Of a stretch of 64,000 bases of DNA, positions 57,166-64,000 are shown piece by piece. The stretch is from Octopus sinensis. Taxonomy: Eukaryota. The position numbers were made by a program, and so were the translations under genes. How positions within the stretch are numbered: position 1 is the stretch's first letter; every line of letters begins with the position of its first letter. The stretch spans positions 38,812,001 through 38,876,000 of the forward strand of contig NC_043010.1 in assembly GCF_006345805.1 (NCBI RefSeq). The letters run 5' to 3'. Below the pieces are notes generated by a model, which did not search any database, was not told where the DNA came from, and saw only the letters and a program-made list of their open reading frames with translations.

Positions 57166-57166
<1 letters not shown>
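53931..57166 (+). mobile_element. Penelope-like element 1 (RT plus C-terminal GIY-YIG), 5'-truncated and frameshifted
   Basis: KDHKPNF..RLICP, FIQFDIASFY, FDVPMGS, GLYRDD, NFLDVTLNL, IWFVIPF; endonuclease NAVY...YIG...RVSNH...LSKLIW...CNLC...RCPH; ~750-nt 3' UTR with HHR; (TA)n at both ends. Confidence 0.92.
57021..57114 (+). ncRNA. Type I hammerhead ribozyme in the PLE1 3' UTR
   Basis: TTTTTTCTTC-CTGAAGA-GAAAGACACAA[32 nt]TTGTGCCTTTC-GAAA-CACGTG-TA-GAATGAAAAAA: 10/11-bp stem II, palindromic stem III, GUA triplet. Confidence 0.85.
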
Positions 57167-57210
<44 letters not shown>

Positions 57211-57212
<2 letters not shown>

Positions 57213-57725
57213 CGCAGGAGTGGATGTGTGATAAGTAGCTTGCTTACTAACTACGCGGTTCCGGGTTCAGACCCAATGCGTGAAAACTTAGGCACGTGTT
57301 TTCTACTATAGCCTCGGGCCGACCAATCCGTGTGAGCGGATTCCCGTCGTATATATATATATATTATATTATAATATATATGTATAAATATATATATATA
57401 TATATATATTATATGTATATATATTATATATATTATATATATTGTATATGTTATATATATATAGTGTGTGTGTGGGGGTGGGGTTTGTGTGCGTGTGTGT
57501 ATGTGAGTGTATTTGTGCTTGCGTTTGTCACCCCCATCGCTTGACAACTGATGCTGATATGTTTCCTCGTAACTTAGCGGTTCGGCAAAAGACACCGTTA
57601 GAATAAGTACTAGGCTTACATAGAAGAAGACCTAGGGGCGATGTGTTAGACTGAAGGCGGTGGTCCTGCAAGGCCGCCGCAGTCAAGATTACTGAAACAA
57701 ATGAAAGAATAAAAGAATAAAAGAA
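57211..57725 (+). mobile_element. SINE family A with an expanded internal microsatellite
   Basis: Head GGCGCAGGAGTGG..., tail ...ACTGAAACAAATGAAAGAATAAAAG. Confidence 0.85.
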
Positions 57726-57753
57726 TTAAATATACACACACATATATATATTC

Positions 57754-57841
<88 letters not shown>

Positions 57842-57994
57842 ATATAACATACAATATACACTCGAGTCATATATATATACATTTATATCTATGCACATAT
57901 ATATATATGAATATATATGCACACAAATATAATACATATATGCGTATATACACATATACACAATATCTATCTATCTACAAAGAGATAGATAGAT

Positions 57995-58033
<39 letters not shown>

Positions 58034-58302
58034 CAGCCAGACATATATATTTGCTTACATACACACCTAATTTGTATTGTAAAAATCCTTATTCACCAGG
58101 GCATTGTGAAATAAAATTTTCTGAGTTATCACAATTGGAAATTATGCTTAATTGGGCGGTAAGTTTCCGCTTCACTGATTGGAAAACTTAGTACTATCTT
58201 TGCGCGTTATTCATTTCAAACTGCTATTTGTCATATTATATAATATATATGTACATATGTTTGTATATATATATATGCCCGTAGTGTGTATGCATATATA
58301 AT

Positions 58303-58372
<70 letters not shown>

Positions 58373-58384
58373 TTATATAATATA

Positions 58385-59376
58385 TATATAAAAGGGCTTA
58401 GTAAAATAAAATAAATTACTTTGCCACATACTGAACTCATTAGAAATAGTAGCTAAAAAAAACTTTTTAAAAATATTTCCAATACTTAAAGAAAATCTCT
58501 CTCATTAGTGTTTGCTCAATTCAACTCACGAAAGTATGGGGGTAAGACATTAAAAAATCAAATGCAAAGGTTATTGAGAACGTACGTTTCAAGATTAGTC
58601 AACTCGACATTTCTATCATCAGCTCAGAACTCCCTGGTTTGGATTTGAAAACACTGAAAGTGGGAGCATACCCTTTCGGCTTCTTATCGCTTCTGAAGAT
58701 CTGCTCGAAACTAACAGTGCCAGCAAACCCAAAATATGCAAGCGAAGAATTTCTGCTCTCCCCTCTCCACCAGCGTGGGTTAAAATCAGTAAACACTATG
58801 CTTTTTCGGTAAAATCCGAAGCATTAAAAAGAGAAGATGAATTATAATTTCAACAATTGAGGGTAAAATTAATTATTATAATCAATTTCACAAGTATTCA
58901 GTATGTAAAGGACCATTTAAGGCGAATTCAAATTATTACATTATATAAAAGGGCTTAGTAAAATAAAATAAATTACTTTGCCACATACTGAACTCATTAG
59001 AAATAGTAGCTAAAAAAAACTTTTTTAAAACTATTTCCAATACTTAAATGTCGAGTTGATAATCTTGAAACGTACGTTCTCAAATAACCTTTGCATTTGA
59101 TTTTTAATGTCTTTACCCCATACTTTCGTGAGTTGAGTTGAATTGAGCAAACACTATATGAGAGAGATTTTCTTTAAGTATTGGAAATAGTTAAAAAAGT
59201 TTTTTTAGCTACTATTTCTAATGGTTCAGTATGTGGCAAAGTAATTTATTTTATTTTACTAAGCCCTTTTATATAATGTAATAATTTGAATTCGCCTTAA
59301 ATGGTCCCTTTACATACTGAATACTTGGTGAAATTGATTAATAATTAATTAATTTTACCCTCAATTGTTGAAATTT
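58385..59376. mobile_element. Tandem plus inverted array of a ~557-bp non-coding HHR-bearing monomer
   Basis: AAAGGGCTTAGTAAAAT at 58391 and 58948; inverted copy 59049-59376; (TA)n flanks. Confidence 0.85.
58575..58626 (-). ncRNA. Type I hammerhead-like motif (GUU triplet)
   Basis: TGAG-CTGATGA-T AGA AAT GTC GAGTT GAC TAA TCT T-GAAA-CGTACG-TT-CTCA; palindromic stem III AACGTACGTT; imperfect stem II base. Confidence 0.6.
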
Positions 59377-59399
59377 ATATATATATATATATTATATAT

Positions 59400-62356
59400 A
59401 AGATATTACAAAAAAGCATAAAGATTCAAGTTAATTTAAATGAATTTACTTGAATATGGTACCTAACTTAGATGCACCAAAAAAAAAAACTATACTGTTT
59501 TAACAATACAGTAATGTGGGGTGATTATAAGCGAGAAAGAAGCAACAAGAATGGATAGGTTTTTAGTACAATCGTTTCATACAAGGACAGGCTTTATTAA
59601 AAGTTGCAAAATTACAGCATATAAACGTGTCCCGTACTCATCAGCTAAAATACATGTGAGTTCTCTAGACATCCTAGTGGTTGAGGCTATACTCATGAAG
59701 TAATGTAGATATTAAGTAACATAAAACAGATTTCCAAAGTTCATTAAAGTTCTTTAAAGATGATGTACAGTCTTATCACAGAATTTTAAAAAAGTTTTAA
59801 TAGCATCACAGAGAAGGTGACCTAATCCATAGTGCACATATGAATTTCCAGAGATATGATGAGGGATTACATACTCACAGAAGACAAATTTATCCATTGT
59901 TAATCACAACGAGGTGGGTCTCAATTCCTGCTTATTAGCATTACAGAGAGGTGAAAATCCTTTGTATAGATGCACAATTTCCAGTGGTGTAGATGTAAAT
60001 TTCCAGAGAAATGAAGAGGAAATTCATATTCACAGGCGATAAATTTATCAATGGTTGAACACAATGAGGTAGGTATCAATTTTTTGTTATAGATTAGGTA
60101 TTTGCCACATTAATCACATTACTGCTATTTACAAGAGGCTGTAGCTATTTAACTTTTAAAGGCTGAAGGGCTTTCTAGAGAGCAAAGAATAGAAAAGGGA
60201 AGGGAATAGAAGAAAGAGAGAAAATAAAGGAGGAGGGAGCAAAAAAGGGGTGGAGGGGGACTAAAAGAGAAGAGAAAAGGAAAAAGAGAATAAGAAGAAG
60301 AAAAAGAAAAAAGAGAAAAGAGAAAGAAATAGGGAAAAAAGGGAAAAAGGAAAAAAAAAGAAAAAAAGAGGGTTCTAGTTATACAGAAGAATTAGTAGAC
60401 GGCAAGTCTGGTTTTAATTTACAGGCATCTAGGAACTAGAGGAGAATATTTATTCTTTGACCAGTAAAACAGCTAATTTATTGCTGTTGAAATCAGCTAT
60501 GAATTTAAAGAGAATCTAAAGAGATAACACAGTCAGGGGTTTAGGGGTCAGATGCTAAAATCAAAAGAAAATACATTAGGAAAATCTAAGTATAATCTTA
60601 TCAAAAAGTCATTAAAATTTACTTATTTAATTTATTCTTTTATTGTCTTAAGGAGTTGCCGTTATTATTCATACATTGACGGATTACTGGTCAAATCTTA
60701 GGATCATTTACAAGGTGTTAGGGGATTGTCTATCATAATGAAGATAATCATATTATCACCGAGGGGGTAGCCTTATTTATTTAATTTTGAAATAGAATTA
60801 TGGGGCTATAGTATCTCATTTTATTTTATTTTATTAGAGTTATGCTACTTAAATTAGATTAAGTTAGGAATTAAAATTAAAAATTACAATTAAGATTTAA
60901 AATTAAGAATTTAAAAATTATGAGTTTGAAATTAAATAAAGCCTCAATTAAGCAGCGTATAAGTACTATTCTTTTCCCTGTTCTCAAAAAACTGATGCAG
61001 ATATAAGGAAAAAGATAACTGTAGTGTGAGAACTCTTAGTTATCTACTTAAAGCAGTGCTATACTAGTAGAAATCAAGTTATATCTATCTATCTAGTTAC
61101 GAATATTCTAATCATTTAAAATATTTTAAAGTCTTCAATTTAACGGGACACAAACTTGACCTAGTTCGATATGGTTATTCAATAAGTTTCTATGTTTTCT
61201 ATGCTTTAGAATTTCATACGTCTCCATGGAGCATAGTTGGCAACCAACCCTACTATTTTTATACGGAATTGCCTCCTAACTATTTCCAATTAAGGTTATA
61301 ATTTTTATTATTATTTTTGAGTCCCAGATTTTGTTGAAAGTGTGGTGGTACCAGCTTTATGACGTAATTAAAAGACGAGATGTGATTTCTAACTCTGGCT
61401 AGAAAATTAGTTGTACATCCAATGTAAAGATATTTGTTATTCTCCGTGGATATGGTACATTTATAGATTACATATTTTTCCCCACATAGACCAGGTGCCG
61501 GGCATTTTGATTTTATTCTACACTTACACACAGGAGGAACAACTTCAGGTTTGGATTATTCTTGGGTAGATGTCTTAGGTTCCTATTATTTTGGTTATCA
61601 TTTCTATAGTTGGTGCTGATATCTAAAGTATTGCTATTATTTATTGATCCTTCAGCTTCATCATTTAGGTCTAAAGTCCTACCATGATTTCTTATATTAT
61701 TGGTAATGTTACTATTATTGTTAGTCTTTTTATCCGACTGCATATTGTTGTATAAATATCACTGATATTTTCATTTCCTTATTTTCTCATTAGCCTTATA
61801 TCTATTATTTCTATTATTAACATTATTCTTCTATTAATATCGGCATTGTTATTACTATTAATATTATGTTATTAGTATTCTGTGTTACTAATTTCACCTA
61901 TGGTTTTGATAGTTACTATTGCTGTTTTATTGTTGGTAGTATTATTATAATGCTATTGGTATTCATGCTGATATTATTATTTTGATTTCTATCTTTCCTG
62001 GCTAGTTTAATGGTTTTATTATTAATCTTAGCTATTAAAGTGGACATATTTGGGAGGGTTGAATAAGAAATCCTAACTGTTTTCCTAGATATAATTCTAT
62101 GATATCTATGAGAGAGGGAGGGAAATTTTTTCCAGAATTACTTTGAATTTGTTCTGTATATCCGATTGTATCGCACAGTTGAAAGGAATATTCAGCCATA
62201 ATATATCTTTTTTATTAAATTTAGGGTTCGTAGAATTACTACTATTCATCTCACCGGAGTTATTGTATTTATTACCATTATTTTTATTTTATTTTATTTG
62301 TGTGCATCTTAGGTTTATCTACTTCAATATTATCCGAGTTACCTCGGATAAATAAG
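59400..62356 (-). mobile_element. Penelope-like element 2, 3' portion (linker, GIY-YIG endonuclease, ~1.7-kb 3' UTR)
   Basis: KDILWLNIPFN...RISYSTLPNM; CKCRIKSKCPAPGLCGEKYVIYKC...YIGCT...RVRNH...WEIVRRAIPY...CQLC; HHR near the 3' end; ends in (TA)n. Confidence 0.88.
59561..59650 (-). ncRNA. Type I hammerhead ribozyme in the PLE2 3' UTR
   Basis: TTTTAG-CTGATGA-GTACGGGACA[...]TGTCCTTGTAT-GAAA-C GATT G-TA-CTAAAA: 6-bp stem I, ~10-bp stem II (59 nt between the core halves), GUA triplet. Confidence 0.8.
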
Positions 62357-64000
62357 TTAATTGGGAAATAGTTAGGAGAGCAATTCCGTATAAAAATAGT
62401 AGGGTGGTTGCCAACTATGCTCCATGGAGACGTATGAAAATTCTAAAAATAGAAAACATAGAAACTTATTGAAAACCATATCGAACTAGGTCAAGTTTGT
62501 GTCCACGCTAAATTGAAGACTTTAAAATATTTAAATGATTAGAATATTCGTAACTAGATAGATAGATATAACTTGATTTCTACTAGTATAGCACTGCTTT
62601 AAGTAGATAACTAAGAGTTCTCACACTACAGTTATCTTTTCCTTATATCTGCATCAGTTTTTTGAGAACAGGGAAATGATAGTACTTATACGCTGCTTAA
62701 TTGAGGCTTTATTTAATTTCAAACTCATAATTTTAAATTCTTAATTTTAAATCTTAATTGTAATTTTTAATTTTAATTCCTAACTTAATCTAATTTAAGT
62801 AGCATAACTCTAATAAAATAAAATGAGTTACTATAGCCCCATAATTCTATTTCAAAATTAAAAAATAAGGCTACCCCCTCGGTGATAATATGATTATCTT
62901 CATTATGATAGACAATCCCCTAACACCTTGTAAATGATCTTCTAAGATTTGACCAGTAGTCCGTCAATGTATGAATAATAACGGCAACTCCTTAAGACAA
63001 TAAATGAATAAATTAAATAAGTAAATTTAATGACTTTTGATAAGATTATACTTAGATTTTCCTATGTATTTTCTTTTGATTTTAGCATCTGACCCCTAAA
63101 CCCCTGACTGTGTTATCTCTTTAGATTCTCTTTAAATTCATAGCTGATTTCAACAGCAATAAAGTAGCTGTTTTACTGGTCAAAGAATAATATTCTCCTC
63201 TAGTTCCTAGATGCCTGTAAATTAAAACCAGACTTGCCGTCTACTAATTCTTGTATAACTAGAACCCTCTTTTTTTCTTTTTCTTTTTTCCCTTCTTTCC
63301 CTATTTCTTTCTCTTTTCTTTTTTTTTTCTTTTCTTCTTCTTATTCTCTTTTCCTTTTCTCTTCTCTTTTAGTCCCCTTCCCCCCCTTTTTGCTCCCTCT
63401 CCTTTATTTTCTCTCTTTTCTTCTATTCCTTCCCTTTTCTATTCTTTGCCCTCTCTAGAAAGCCCTTCAGCCTTTAAAAGTTAAATAGCTACAGCCTCTT
63501 GTAAATAGCAGTAATGTGATTAATGTGGCAAATACCTAATCATATAACAAGAATTGATACCTACCTCATTGTGTTCAACCATTGATAAATTTATCGCCTG
63601 TGAATATGAAATTCCTCTTCATTTCTCTGGAAATTTACATCTACACCACTGGAAATTGTGCATCTATACAAAGGATTAATTCACCTCTCTGTAATGCTAA
63701 TAAGAGGAATTGAGACCCACCTCGTTGTGATTAACAATGGATAAATTTGTCTTCTGTGAGTATGTAATCCCTCATCATATCTCTGGAAATTCATATGTGC
63801 ACTATGGATTAGGTCACCTTCTCTGTGATGCTATTAAAACTTTTTTAAAATTCTGTGATAAGACTGTACATCATCTTTAAAGAACTTTAATGAACTTTGG
63901 AAATCTGTTTATGTTACTTAATTATCTACATTACTTCATGAGTATAGCCTCAACCACTAGGATGTCTAGAGAACTCACATGTATTTTAGCTGATGAGTAC
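62357..64000 (+). repeat. Inverted copy of the PLE2 3' end (inverted pLTR-like arm), runs off the window
   Basis: Reverse complement of 59634-61293; ends at the window edge inside the HHR (TTTTAGCTGATGAGTAC). Confidence 0.95.

Noticed and set aside
58140-58190. GGGCGG and GATTGG promoter-like motifs
   Set aside because: No associated gene or CpG-rich context.
58690-58722. Plus-strand CTGAAGA-TCTGCTC-GAAA
   Set aside because: Stem II cannot pair and the triplet would be GUG.

Overview
AT-rich, microsatellite-saturated eukaryotic non-coding DNA. The SINE families and the (AT)n/(ATAC)n/(ATCT)n/(TAA)n load point to an octopus (coleoid cephalopod) genome; this is inference. I found no convincing host protein-coding gene, and almost all supplied ORFs are translated microsatellites. 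Real coding content is retroelement-derived: a nearly full-length CR1/L2-type LINE (28.5-32.2 kb); two Penelope-like elements (PLEs) with a C-terminal GIY-YIG endonuclease (53.9-57.2 kb, +; 59.4-62.4 kb, -, with a >=1.6 kb inverted copy of its 3' end); R4/Dong-like RLE-endonuclease fragments inside (TAA)n arrays; an RTE 3' end; and many tRNA-derived SINEs. The most striking signal is a set of type I hammerhead ribozyme (HHR) motifs traced by hand. One lies in the 3' UTR of each PLE. Others lie in two non-coding tandem/inverted arrays of ~484-bp and ~557-bp monomers (20.7-23.1 kb and 58.4-59.4 kb) that resemble non-autonomous retrozymes. A short repeat family carries a non-canonical CUGUNGA core. 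Nearly all of these elements end in (TA)n microsatellites, and several have unusually long stem II inserts. This suggests a PLE/retrozyme system with autonomous and non-autonomous members. Many copy-to-copy differences are single-base homopolymer indels, so some frameshifts and duplications may be assembly artefacts.
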